A program made the position numbers and the translations under genes. A stretch of DNA of 64,000 bases from an uncultured Gemmatimonadales bacterium (lineage in GTDB: Bacteria; Gemmatimonadota; Gemmatimonadetes; Longimicrobiales; RSA9), in the NCBI GenBank assembly GCA_963798085.1, contig CAWCRS010000007.1:672001-736000 (forward strand), in the 5' to 3' direction. The notes below the pieces were generated by a model. It was not told the DNA's origin. It saw nothing but the letters and a program-made list of their open reading frames with translations, and made no database searches. Of the stretch, positions 50,445 to 59,145 are shown one piece after another. Within the stretch, counting starts at the first letter, position 1. Each line of letters opens with the position of its first letter.

Positions 50445-51821
50445 TCATTCCAGCTCGCGCAAGGCGGCCGCGCGCTCGAAATCGACATAGCGAACGGCAT
50501 AGCGATAAAACGTGAGAGTGCGGTTCAACTGCGCGTTAGTCAGCGACGTGCGGGCGTCCACGAACTCGATCTGGCTGGCTTCGCCTTCAGCGTACTTGCG
50601 GCGCACCAGATCGAAGGTGCGCTGCGCCGCGCTCTCCCTCGCCTGTGCGGCGGCCATGGCGGAGCGGGCGACGACCGCGGCCTCGAACGCGGTGCGCACA
50701 TCCTGCGCAACGGCATCGGCCGCGTCCCGCCGGGCCAGCCGCGCGCGCTCCGCTTCCGCCTTCGCCTCCTGGCGCGCGGCCAGGTTGCGGCCGCCATCGA
50801 ACAGATTCCACGACACCACGACCGAGCCCACAATGAAGTCCTGCTTGCGGCCGAAGCTCAGGTCGCTTCCCTGAAAGCCGTAGTCGACCGCCACGGCCAG
50901 GCTGGGCAGCAGCGCGGCACTCGCCACGCCGACGCCGGCCTGCGCCGCGCGGACGCCGGCACCCGCCTGACGCAGTTCCTCGCGCTGCGCCAGCGCGTGC
51001 GTCACGGCACTGTCGGCACTCGCGGGAAGCTCGAAGCAGAAGGCCGATTCGGGAATGGAATCGACGGGCGTCTCCAGGGTGCGCCCCAACAGTCTGTCAA
51101 GCTGGCGCCCGGCCGCGTCCACGCGCTCCTGCGCCTCGGCCAGCTTCTGCTCGACATCGCTTTCTTCGGCGCGCGCGCGGAACACCACTTCGGGCGTGGC
51201 CTGACTGGCGGCCACCAGACGGCCCGCCACACGCGTGTTCTCGCGCACCAGCAACAGAGAGGACTGGTCAATGCCGACGACGCTGCGGGCCGCGGCCACG
51301 TCGAAGTACGCGGCCTGCACCTGCGCCGCCAGCGTGCGCGCGGCCGCAATGCGCTGGTAGCGCTGCGCGCTGCTGCGCTCGCGCGCCACCGTGTAGCTTT
51401 GGCGGATCACCTCGTTGAACACCGGCTGCGTGAGACGCAGCCGCGACTCGTGACGCATGGGCAGCGTGATGTCGAGATTCGTGGGGAAGCTGTTGCTGCC
51501 CGTCAGCTGATTGAGTGCGGCGTACGCCGGATTCACGAAATCGCCGAGGTTCAGCGTGCCGCTCTGCTCGCTGTAGCGCGCCTCCAGCGTCAGGCCCGGC
51601 AGGAACAGACCGCGGGCCTCGTGCTGCTGGGCCAGGGCGCGCTGCTCCAGCGAGCGCTGTTGTGCGAGGCCGAGGTTGGCGCGCAGCGCTTCCTGCACCA
51701 GTCCTGCGAGCGGATCGCCCTGCTGCGCCCGGGCCGGGGCCGTGCACGCGAGCAGGGCGGCCGTGAGCGCGGCGGTGCGGGTGTTTCTGCATTGTATTAA
51801 CCGTGTCACCTTGTGTAACAT
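50445..51821 (-). CDS. TolC-family outer membrane factor
   Basis: AL.AN..L, QP.FN, AYF, WNLFDGG, Y.EG.AS..E..DA. Confidence 0.92.
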   Translation of the reverse strand: MLHKVTRLIQCRNTRTAALTAALLACTAPARAQQGDPLAGLVQEALRANLGLAQQRSLEQRALAQQHEARGLFLPGLTLEARYSEQSGTLNLGDFVNPAYAALNQLTGSNSFPTNLDITLPMRHESRLRLTQPVFNEVIRQSYTVARERSSAQRYQRIAAARTLAAQVQAAYFDVAAARSVVGIDQSSLLLVRENTRVAGRLVAASQATPEVVFRARAEESDVEQKLAEAQERVDAAGRQLDRLLGRTLETPVDSIPESAFCFELPASADSAVTHALAQREELRQAGAGVRAAQAGVGVASAALLPSLAVAVDYGFQGSDLSFGRKQDFIVGSVVVSWNLFDGGRNLAARQEAKAEAERARLARRDAADAVAQDVRTAFEAAVVARSAMAAAQARESAAQRTFDLVRRKYAEGEASQIEFVDARTSLTNAQLNRTLTFYRYAVRYVDFERAAALRELE

Positions 51822-51845
51822 TGTTAGGTCTCCTCGCCAAAAAAA

Positions 51846-52469
51846 TCAGGTCGGGTCGCGCAGCAAGCCGCGCAGCAGGGTTTCGCAGAGATGGGCGGCC
51901 GTGCGACGGATGTCGCGCCACTCGATCCAGTCGTCTTCGGCCTTGACAATGTGCAGCGATACGAGGCCATGCGAGCTGGCCCAGAGCATCTGCGCGACTT
52001 CGTCGGGGTCCTTGAATTCGGGGCGGAAGCGGCCGCTGGCGATGGCCTCGGCGCACGCATCGCGCAGGAAGTTGTAGGCGCCCTCGCCCGGATTGGGGAC
52101 GGCCGGCGCGCGCGTGAGCAGGGGCCGGTTGGCCATGAACAGCAGCTGGTACTGCATGCGGTGCGTAAGCGCGAACTCGACGTACGCGGCGCCGATGCGT
52201 TCCAGCCGCTGCACGGGATCGGCCACCTTGTCGATGCGCAGCAGGGCGGCGCTGAGCGTGCGGAAATCGGCTGCGCACAGCTCGACGAGCAGGGCTTCCT
52301 TGTTCTGGAAGTGGTGGTAGATGGCGGTGGGTGTGTACTCAATGCGATCCGCAATGGCGCGCATGGTGGTGGCCTCGTAGCCCTTGCGGACGAACATGTC
52401 GCGGGCTGCGTCGAGGATTTTCTGACGGGTATCGGCGCGTTCGCGCTGTCTGCGTTCTCTGGTCCCCAT
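51846..52469 (-). CDS. TetR/AcrR-family regulator
   Basis: ILDAA..F..GY..TTMR.IA..IY.HF.NKE. Confidence 0.95.
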   Translation of the reverse strand: MGTRERRQRERADTRQKILDAARDMFVRKGYEATTMRAIADRIEYTPTAIYHHFQNKEALLVELCAADFRTLSAALLRIDKVADPVQRLERIGAAYVEFALTHRMQYQLLFMANRPLLTRAPAVPNPGEGAYNFLRDACAEAIASGRFRPEFKDPDEVAQMLWASSHGLVSLHIVKAEDDWIEWRDIRRTAAHLCETLLRGLLRDPT

Positions 52470-52493
52470 GGATTCTCCTGAACCTCGGTCGGC

Positions 52494-52522
52494 AACCTAA
52501 CGCCGTTAAGTCACCGGGTCAA
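52494..52522 (-). promoter_or_regulatory. TetR promoter with operator in the spacer
   Basis: TTGACC-N17-TAGGTT; TAAC-gcc-GTTA at 52498-52508; same core TAAC-att-GTTA at 51816-51826. Confidence 0.7.
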
Positions 52523-52694
52523 GCCTCTTCCCAACGGACAGGCCACCGGACGGGCCGGGCCGGCGGGCGGGGGGATGCCGCGCGGCGACGCCAGCGCCCC
52601 TGCGCCCAAAGATGTCGGGATGCTGTCCCGGTGCCCGGGCCGGGGGCTGCGCCGGCACCGGTGCTCGCTGGGAGCAGAAACAGCGGTCAGCGTG

Positions 52695-54311
52695 CTACTG
52701 CAGCACCAGGATGCGGAAGTCCTGGGTGGCCAGCACGCCGTCGTGGCTGAAGCAGTAGACGCTGGCCAACAGGGTGTTATTGGCGATGGTCTGCGAGTCC
52801 AGCAGCTTGCAGAAGGCGCCGCTGTTCGACTGCGGCTCGATCATCACGGTTTCGTTGCCGTTGGAGCCGGTGCGGCCGAGTCCGGCGAAGGTGACGTCGG
52901 TGCGGCCCACGGAGATGGGCGTGGCGGTGATGGCGCCGCCGCTGGAGCTGTAGGCGTCGATGATGGCGAAGGCGCCGCCTGCGGGGACGGTGGCGATGGC
53001 GAAGCGGCGGCCGGGCACACCCTTCTCCACGAGCACGGTCATGAAGGGCGCATCGTCGTCGACGAACACGCCGGCGGGGCCCGTGCAGCGGACCTGCAGC
53101 GCGCTGCCCGTGAGCAGGCTGGCGGGCGTGCAGCGCGCGGCGGTGGTGCCGGTGGCCATGACGAAGGTGGCCTCGGGAGTGCCGCCCTGGGGCCGGGCAT
53201 TGCCCGTGAAATTCACCGTATATGTGCCGTTAGCGGTGCGCGTGACGTTCACGGACTGGCTGGTGGCGTTCCAGGTCTGCGCCGGTGTGTAGGTGGTGGC
53301 GAGCGCAGGCTGGTCGGCCCAGGCGAAGGCGAAGCGGCCGGGCAGCGCACCGGAGCCGAGCACGAGGATCAGGAACGTCTGGTCCGTGGGCACGTCCTGC
53401 GCGTTGAAGCAATACACGAGGGCCGTGAGCCCGGCCACGCTCGAACTGACGCCGCCGGGCTTGCAGGTCACGGGATCGGTTCCGTGGGCGGTGATCTGGA
53501 TGATCTGGGATTCACCGAGGGGCGGCTGCAGGCCCGGGAAGAACACGCTGTAGCGGCCCACGTCCAGGCGCTGGATGGTGATGGCGGCGCCCGAGAAGTT
53601 GTAGGAGCTGCCCGCGCCGGCGGTATAGATCCCTAACAGTGGATTATCGGCGTAGGCGTAGGCGTAGCGGCCGGGCGCTGGTGGCGCGGTGACGGTGACG
53701 CCGGCCAGGCCGGTGCGGCCGTCCACCGTGGCCGTGATGGAGGTGGTGCCGGCCGCAATGCCGCGCACCAGGCCACTCGTCACGGAGGCGACGCCCGCAT
53801 TGAGGCTGGCCCAGGCGACGGTCTTGCCGCCGATGGTGTTGCCGGCCACGTCTCTGGCCGTGGCCGCGAGGCGCAGCGTATCGCCCACCGCCAGCGTGAT
53901 GTTCGGCGGCAGCACATCCACGTGGTCCACGGTGGCGGGTGTGGTCGAGACCTGGATCGTGGCGCTCGCGCTCTTGCCGCTGGCCGCATGCGTTGCGGTA
54001 ACGGTGGCAGTCCCCGGCGCCACGCCGAGCACGGACACTACGTTGCCGTTCGGGGTCAGGGTGACGAGGCCGGAGGGCGTCGCGGTCCACTGCACGTTGC
54101 GATCGGTATTGGCGTCGCCGCCCGTGACCTGGGCGGCAACGGGGGTGGTCTGGCCCACGGCGAGCTGGGTGTTCGCAGGCGTGACCGTCACGACGACGGT
54201 TTCGTCCGGCGGCGGGACGGTCACCTTGTCGGACTTGCAGGCAACCGGAAACGCGGTCGCGATCAGGAGTACAGCAACGGCGAAGCGTGAGCCGACCCTG
54301 GAGTTCGGCAT
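52695..54311 (-). CDS. Lipoprotein with two Big_2 Ig-like domains and three C-terminal repeats
   Basis: VAC lipobox; V.V.P..L.VG.T, W.S..VA.V.SGLV.G.A.GT..ITAT. Confidence 0.8.
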   Translation of the reverse strand: MPNSRVGSRFAVAVLLIATAFPVACKSDKVTVPPPDETVVVTVTPANTQLAVGQTTPVAAQVTGGDANTDRNVQWTATPSGLVTLTPNGNVVSVLGVAPGTATVTATHAASGKSASATIQVSTTPATVDHVDVLPPNITLAVGDTLRLAATARDVAGNTIGGKTVAWASLNAGVASVTSGLVRGIAAGTTSITATVDGRTGLAGVTVTAPPAPGRYAYAYADNPLLGIYTAGAGSSYNFSGAAITIQRLDVGRYSVFFPGLQPPLGESQIIQITAHGTDPVTCKPGGVSSSVAGLTALVYCFNAQDVPTDQTFLILVLGSGALPGRFAFAWADQPALATTYTPAQTWNATSQSVNVTRTANGTYTVNFTGNARPQGGTPEATFVMATGTTAARCTPASLLTGSALQVRCTGPAGVFVDDDAPFMTVLVEKGVPGRRFAIATVPAGGAFAIIDAYSSSGGAITATPISVGRTDVTFAGLGRTGSNGNETVMIEPQSNSGAFCKLLDSQTIANNTLLASVYCFSHDGVLATQDFRILVLQ

Positions 54312-54446
54312 CAATACCTCCGGGAGCGTCCATCGAAAAAAAAGGCAGCGTCAGCGCATTTGTCTGCGGATGAGTATCGACCGCTGTGGCTTCCGGCCAA
54401 TGTTCACCCGCGGTTGGCGAAGGGGCCCGGTGCCCCTGCGAGCGCT

Positions 54447-54836
54447 TCAGTGTTTCGGTGCTCTGATCACGTGGATCGAGCCGGCGCAGGTCTTTTCCAT
54501 TTCGCCGGCAAGACTGACGGACCAATCGCCTTCCGCGGCGCCACTCGTGCTCACGTCGAAGGTCCTGTTCTCCTGATTCACCTTGTCGACGCGGAGTCCA
54601 CTGTTCTGATCGGCTGTCACGCTCGCGACCCTGCCAATGTCCTCGGACAGGTTGAACTTCACGGTGGCGAGCGTGGAACCGATCGCGACGGTATCCGGAT
54701 CGAGGGTCGCCGTGCAGGCCGCGACATGGTCGGCCCGAACCATCCGCGGCTGTCGCGGCACGGCGGCCAGCGCCAGAGCGACCACGGGAACCACAACGGC
54801 AAAAGGTCTCAGATACTTCCCTGTATCCTGCTTCAT
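54447..54836 (-). CDS. Small exported hypothetical protein (one Cys pair)
   Basis: RBS aggag; hydrophobic N-terminus; beta-rich body. Confidence 0.6.
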   Translation of the reverse strand: MKQDTGKYLRPFAVVVPVVALALAAVPRQPRMVRADHVAACTATLDPDTVAIGSTLATVKFNLSEDIGRVASVTADQNSGLRVDKVNQENRTFDVSTSGAAEGDWSVSLAGEMEKTCAGSIHVIRAPKH

Positions 54837-55091
54837 GATTGCCACTCCTGCGAAGAGAATCCCTGCTCCTGCTCGCGAGGGGGCACCGGGCGAAGCCGCG
54901 GAGCGCAAGGCCTGTACCAGAGGCGCAATCACGCCACACTCCACGCGGGTTGGCTATCGCTGCGCGAGGGCCGCTCCGATACTGGAAGCGATGGTCAGGA
55001 GGGGGACCGGGAGCTTCCCGCTGCCGGGCAGTGTAGGAGTGCCGTTCCCGCCGTCCGCAGTACCCGCTGAAAGTCAGGTGTGGGGGGTTGC

Positions 55092-55961
55092 ATGCGCCGA
55101 AGCTGGCCCGCTGAGATCGGTCTGTGCGCAGTGCTGGGGAGTCTTGCGCCGGGTGCGGCCCGCGCGCAGGTGGCTCCGGTACGCATCCAATCGAACTGGC
55201 TGACGAATGGTGTCCAGCTGGCGCCGGGATTCCGCATGGAATCGCGGCGCGGTCCGATCATCGGGTCGGGCGATCTGTGGCGACTCGTGGGTCTGGCCGG
55301 CGCCACGCTGGCGATCATGCCGCTGGACCAGGCGATCACCGAGGAATTCCGCGATCCGCCGGCACAGCGCAGCGCGCTGCTGCACAACAGCGCGCGCACG
55401 TTCAACCTCATGGGCAGTCCGGGCGCCGCCGTTGCGGGCGTGACGCTGCTGGGCGCGGGTCTGTTGTCGCGCTCGCATGGTCTGACGGAAATCGGGTTGC
55501 ATGCCACGGTCGCCATCGCCATCAGTGGCGTCGCGACGGGCGCACTGAAGCTGGTGTCGGGTCGACAGCGGCCCTATCTCGACGAACACGATTCCGACCA
55601 GTTCGCACTGGGTGGTGGGCTGCGCTCGGGAATGTCGTCGTTTCCCTCGGGACACACCACGGCGGCTTTCGCCTTCGCATCCACGGTCACGTCCGAGCTG
55701 GCGCGCCTGAAGCCGGGTTCACAGTGGATCGCGGGACCGCTGCTCTACGGTGGCGCGGGCATGGTGGGCATGGCGCGCATCTACGACAGCCGCCACTGGG
55801 CGAGCGATGTGCTGCTGGGCGCCGGCATCGGCACCCTGGTCGGGCTCAAGGTGGAGAAGCTGATGCACGGCGCGACACGCTCCGGCAGCTCTGCGATGGG
55901 TCTGCACGTCACGCCGGTTGGCGGTGGTCTGCGCATGAGCGTTTCCCTGCCTGTGCACTGA
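55092..55961 (+). CDS. PAP2-family phosphatase
   Basis: K...GRQRP, SFPSGHT, ARIY...HWASDV. Confidence 0.92.
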   Translation: MRRSWPAEIGLCAVLGSLAPGAARAQVAPVRIQSNWLTNGVQLAPGFRMESRRGPIIGSGDLWRLVGLAGATLAIMPLDQAITEEFRDPPAQRSALLHNSARTFNLMGSPGAAVAGVTLLGAGLLSRSHGLTEIGLHATVAIAISGVATGALKLVSGRQRPYLDEHDSDQFALGGGLRSGMSSFPSGHTTAAFAFASTVTSELARLKPGSQWIAGPLLYGGAGMVGMARIYDSRHWASDVLLGAGIGTLVGLKVEKLMHGATRSGSSAMGLHVTPVGGGLRMSVSLPVH

Positions 55962-56129
55962 CGGCTTGACGCCAGGCAGCTCCACGATGCAGTCCAGCAC
56001 GCGACCGGTAACCGGGCGCAGCGCGCACACGGGCGAACTGTGGGCAGGCGAGGGTGGCGCTGAACCGAACGCGTCCTTATCGTGCCGCCTTCGGAATTCC
56101 ATCGCAAACAGGGCAGGGGGCAGGAGGCC

Positions 56130-57011
56130 ATGCGGTACACGGGCGCATTCATCCTGTCTGTTCCGTTTCTGCTCGGCTGCACCAATGTGCAGCACCATCC
56201 GACCGAGCCGGTGGGTGGCAGGGAGCCGGTGCGGGCCGCGGACGTGGTGGGTGGCTCGAACTACGAGTGCGCGCTGGTGGGCAACGGCTCGGCGCGCTGC
56301 ACGGGCGCGCTGAGTCCGGGCACGAGCTGGGGCGACATGGTGTTCATCAGCGGTGGCGCCGAGCACGCCTGCGGCGTGACCAGCGAAGGCCTGATCCGCT
56401 GCTGGGGCACGAACGTCTATAACAAGCTGTTTCCGCCGCCCGGCACCAATCGCAATTTCCGTGAAGTGGCGGCGGGCACGCAGCACACCTGCGGCCTGCA
56501 CGCGGACGGCTCCATTCTGTGCTGGGGCCTGAACGACAACGGTCAGACGGACGCGCCGGCCGGCACGGGCTACCACGGCATCAACGCTTCCCGGGGCGGG
56601 CACCACACCTGCGCGCTGACGGTGGACGATGCCATCATCTGCTGGGGTCTGAACAACCAGGGCCAGACGGCGGGGCTGCCGGGCACGGGCTACCGTTCGG
56701 TGATCGTCACGGAGACCGGAGGTTGTGGCCTCACGCCGGATCGGATCCGCTGCTGGGGCGAGCTCATTCCGGGGCTGCCCGCCGATGACGGTGTCACGTC
56801 GCTTTCCGCGGGCCGCGATTTCGTGTGCGCCGTGCGCGGCGGCAGTGTGACCTGCTGGGGCGCCAGCAACCACAACGGCGCGCTGAATCCGCCGGTGGAC
56901 ACGGACTTTGTGCGCGTCGGCGCCGGCTTCACGCACGTGTGCGGCCTGCAGGCCACGGGGCTGGTGAAGTGCTGGGGTTCCATCACAGGATTTCCCGAGC
57001 TGAGCTTCTAA
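56130..57011 (+). CDS. RCC1/BLIP-II repeat beta-propeller lipoprotein
   Basis: LLGC lipobox; repeated AG..HTC.L..DG.I.CWG.N..GQ. Confidence 0.9.
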   Translation: MRYTGAFILSVPFLLGCTNVQHHPTEPVGGREPVRAADVVGGSNYECALVGNGSARCTGALSPGTSWGDMVFISGGAEHACGVTSEGLIRCWGTNVYNKLFPPPGTNRNFREVAAGTQHTCGLHADGSILCWGLNDNGQTDAPAGTGYHGINASRGGHHTCALTVDDAIICWGLNNQGQTAGLPGTGYRSVIVTETGGCGLTPDRIRCWGELIPGLPADDGVTSLSAGRDFVCAVRGGSVTCWGASNHNGALNPPVDTDFVRVGAGFTHVCGLQATGLVKCWGSITGFPELSF

Positions 57012-57108
57012 CGGACGGTTATGCCGCGACAGGCGGGGAGCGCGTGGCTGCCGGCGGGCGGCGGCCACGCGCTTTGCGTTGACGCGGGAGTCAGGGAGAA
57101 GACGCGAC

Positions 57109-58113
57109 ATGGTGCCGGATCTGCTGGTGATCTCCGGGGAGGACGTGCGTACGCTGCTGCCCATGGATCGCTGCATCGGGCTGATGGCCGATGCGCTGAC
57201 CGCGCTGGCGCGGGGTGAGGCGGCTGTGCCGCTGCGCACGGCGATGTGGCTGCCGGAACGAACCGGCCTGCTGGGCATGATGCCGGCCTGGTACGGACCG
57301 GCGTCGGTCATGGGCATCAAGGTGGTGAGCGTAATGCCGCACAATCACGGCACCGCATACGATTCGCACCAGGGCGGCGTGCTGCTGTTCGAGACGGGCC
57401 ACGGCATCCCGCTGGCGCTGGTGGATGCCAGCGCCATCACGGCCATCCGCACGGCCGCGGTGAGCGGTGTGGCGACGCGGCTGCTGGCGCGGCCTGATGC
57501 GCACGATCTGGCGATTCTGGGCAGTGGTGTGCAGGCGACGACGCACCTCGAAGCCATGCTTCTCGCCCGTTCGATCCGGCGCGTCCGCGTCTGGAGTCGC
57601 GACCCGGAGCACGCGCAGCAATTCGGCCGGCGCGAAGGCGAGCGGCACGGCATTACCCTCGAGGTTGCCGCCGACGTGGAGTCCGCGGTGCGCGGCGCCG
57701 ACATCGTGTGCACGACCACGTCCGCCCGCGAGCCCGTACTGGCGGGCCGCTGGCTGACGCCGGGCGCGCACATCAATGCGGCCGGTTCGAGCGTGCGTTT
57801 CGCGCGCGAACTGGACGGCGAAGCGGTGGCGCGCAGCCGTCTGTTCGTGGATCGCAGTGAGTCCACACGCAACGAAGCGGGCGACTTTCTGCTGGCAAAG
57901 GCGGAAGGCATGGTCAGCGACGATCACATTGCCGGCGAGCTGGGCGACGTGCTGCGCGGCGTCCTCGGCGGGCGCCAGCAGGCTGAGGAGATCACGCTCT
58001 TCAAGTCACTGGGCCTGGGCGTGGAGGATGTGGTGGCGAGTCAGTACGTGTACGAGCAGGCGAAGGCGCAGGGCCGGGGACGCGCCGTGCCGCTCGGTGA
58101 GGCGCGGGCATGA
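57109..58113 (+). CDS. Ornithine cyclodeaminase / mu-crystallin family protein
   Basis: G.K.VSV, TAIRTAA.S, G.G.QA..H, G.HINA.G, E.GD, LFKS.G...ED. Confidence 0.92.
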   Translation: MVPDLLVISGEDVRTLLPMDRCIGLMADALTALARGEAAVPLRTAMWLPERTGLLGMMPAWYGPASVMGIKVVSVMPHNHGTAYDSHQGGVLLFETGHGIPLALVDASAITAIRTAAVSGVATRLLARPDAHDLAILGSGVQATTHLEAMLLARSIRRVRVWSRDPEHAQQFGRREGERHGITLEVAADVESAVRGADIVCTTTSAREPVLAGRWLTPGAHINAAGSSVRFARELDGEAVARSRLFVDRSESTRNEAGDFLLAKAEGMVSDDHIAGELGDVLRGVLGGRQQAEEITLFKSLGLGVEDVVASQYVYEQAKAQGRGRAVPLGEARA

Positions 58114-59069
58114 CGCTGGCGCCGCCGTCCCTGGCCGACATCGAGGCTGCGGCCCTGCGGGTGCGCGGTCACGCGCTGCGCACGCCGCTGCTGCGGCTGC
58201 AGGCGGAGGACGCGCCCGCCGAGATCTGGCTCAAGCTGGAGAACCTGCAGCCCATCGGCTCGTTCAAGATCCGGGGCGCCTCTAACGCGCTGTTACAGGC
58301 GCCCGCGGAGCGGCTGGCGCGCGGCGTGTACACGGCCAGCGCCGGGAACATGGCGCAGGGTGTGGGCTGGATGGCGCGGGCGCTGGGCGTTCCCTTCAGC
58401 GTGGTGGTGCCGGATCACGCGCCGGAGACCAAGCTGGCGGCCATCCGGCGGCTGGGCGGTCGCATCATCCCGCTGCCCTTCGCGGACTGGTGGCGCGTCA
58501 TCGAGGAGCACCAGCTTGCGGGGCAGGACGGTTTCTTCGTGCACCCGGTCAGTGATGCCGCCGTCATGGCGGGCAACGGCACCATCGGGCTGGAACTGCA
58601 CAATGCGCTGGCCGACATTGATGCCGTGGTGGTGCCCTACGGCGGCGGCGGTCTCAGCTGCGGTATCGCGGCCGCGCTGCGCGTGCTGTCGCCGCGAACA
58701 CGCGTGTACGCGGCGGAAGTGGACACGGCCGCGGCGCTGCGCGGAGCCCTGCACGCAGGTGGACCCTCGCCGGTCGCCTACACCCCGAGCTTCGTGGATG
58801 GCATTGGCAGCCGCAGTGTGCTGCCCGAGATGTGGCCGCTGGCGAAGGAGCTGCTGTCCGGCTCGGTGGTGGTTTCGCTGGAGCAGATCGCGGCTGCGAT
58901 TCGACTGCTGGCCGAGCGCCACCGCGTGATTGCGGAAGGCGCGGGCGCCGCGGCCGTGGCGGCAGTGCTCAGCGGTCAGGCGGGCAGCGGGCGCATCGTC
59001 TGCATTGTGTCCGGCGGCAACATCGACAGTGCGCGGCTGAGCGCCATACTCGCGGGCTCGATGCCGTGA
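58110..59069 (+). CDS. PLP-dependent serine/threonine dehydratase (no ACT domain)
   Basis: ENLQPIGSFKIRGA, ASAGN, GGGGL, EGAGA, SGGNID; ATGA overlap with OCD gene. Confidence 0.9.
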   Translation: MTLAPPSLADIEAAALRVRGHALRTPLLRLQAEDAPAEIWLKLENLQPIGSFKIRGASNALLQAPAERLARGVYTASAGNMAQGVGWMARALGVPFSVVVPDHAPETKLAAIRRLGGRIIPLPFADWWRVIEEHQLAGQDGFFVHPVSDAAVMAGNGTIGLELHNALADIDAVVVPYGGGGLSCGIAAALRVLSPRTRVYAAEVDTAAALRGALHAGGPSPVAYTPSFVDGIGSRSVLPEMWPLAKELLSGSVVVSLEQIAAAIRLLAERHRVIAEGAGAAAVAAVLSGQAGSGRIVCIVSGGNIDSARLSAILAGSMP

Positions 59070-59145
59070 GCAGGGGCGCAGTCCGGGGCCGCCGCACGCC
59101 CGCATTGCGCACGCACGGGCGGTCTCCCACGTTGCTGCACTGACC

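Noticed and set aside
54320..54446. A8 run and weak hairpins as a riboswitch or terminator
   Set aside because: No recognisable riboswitch consensus and the stem is weak.
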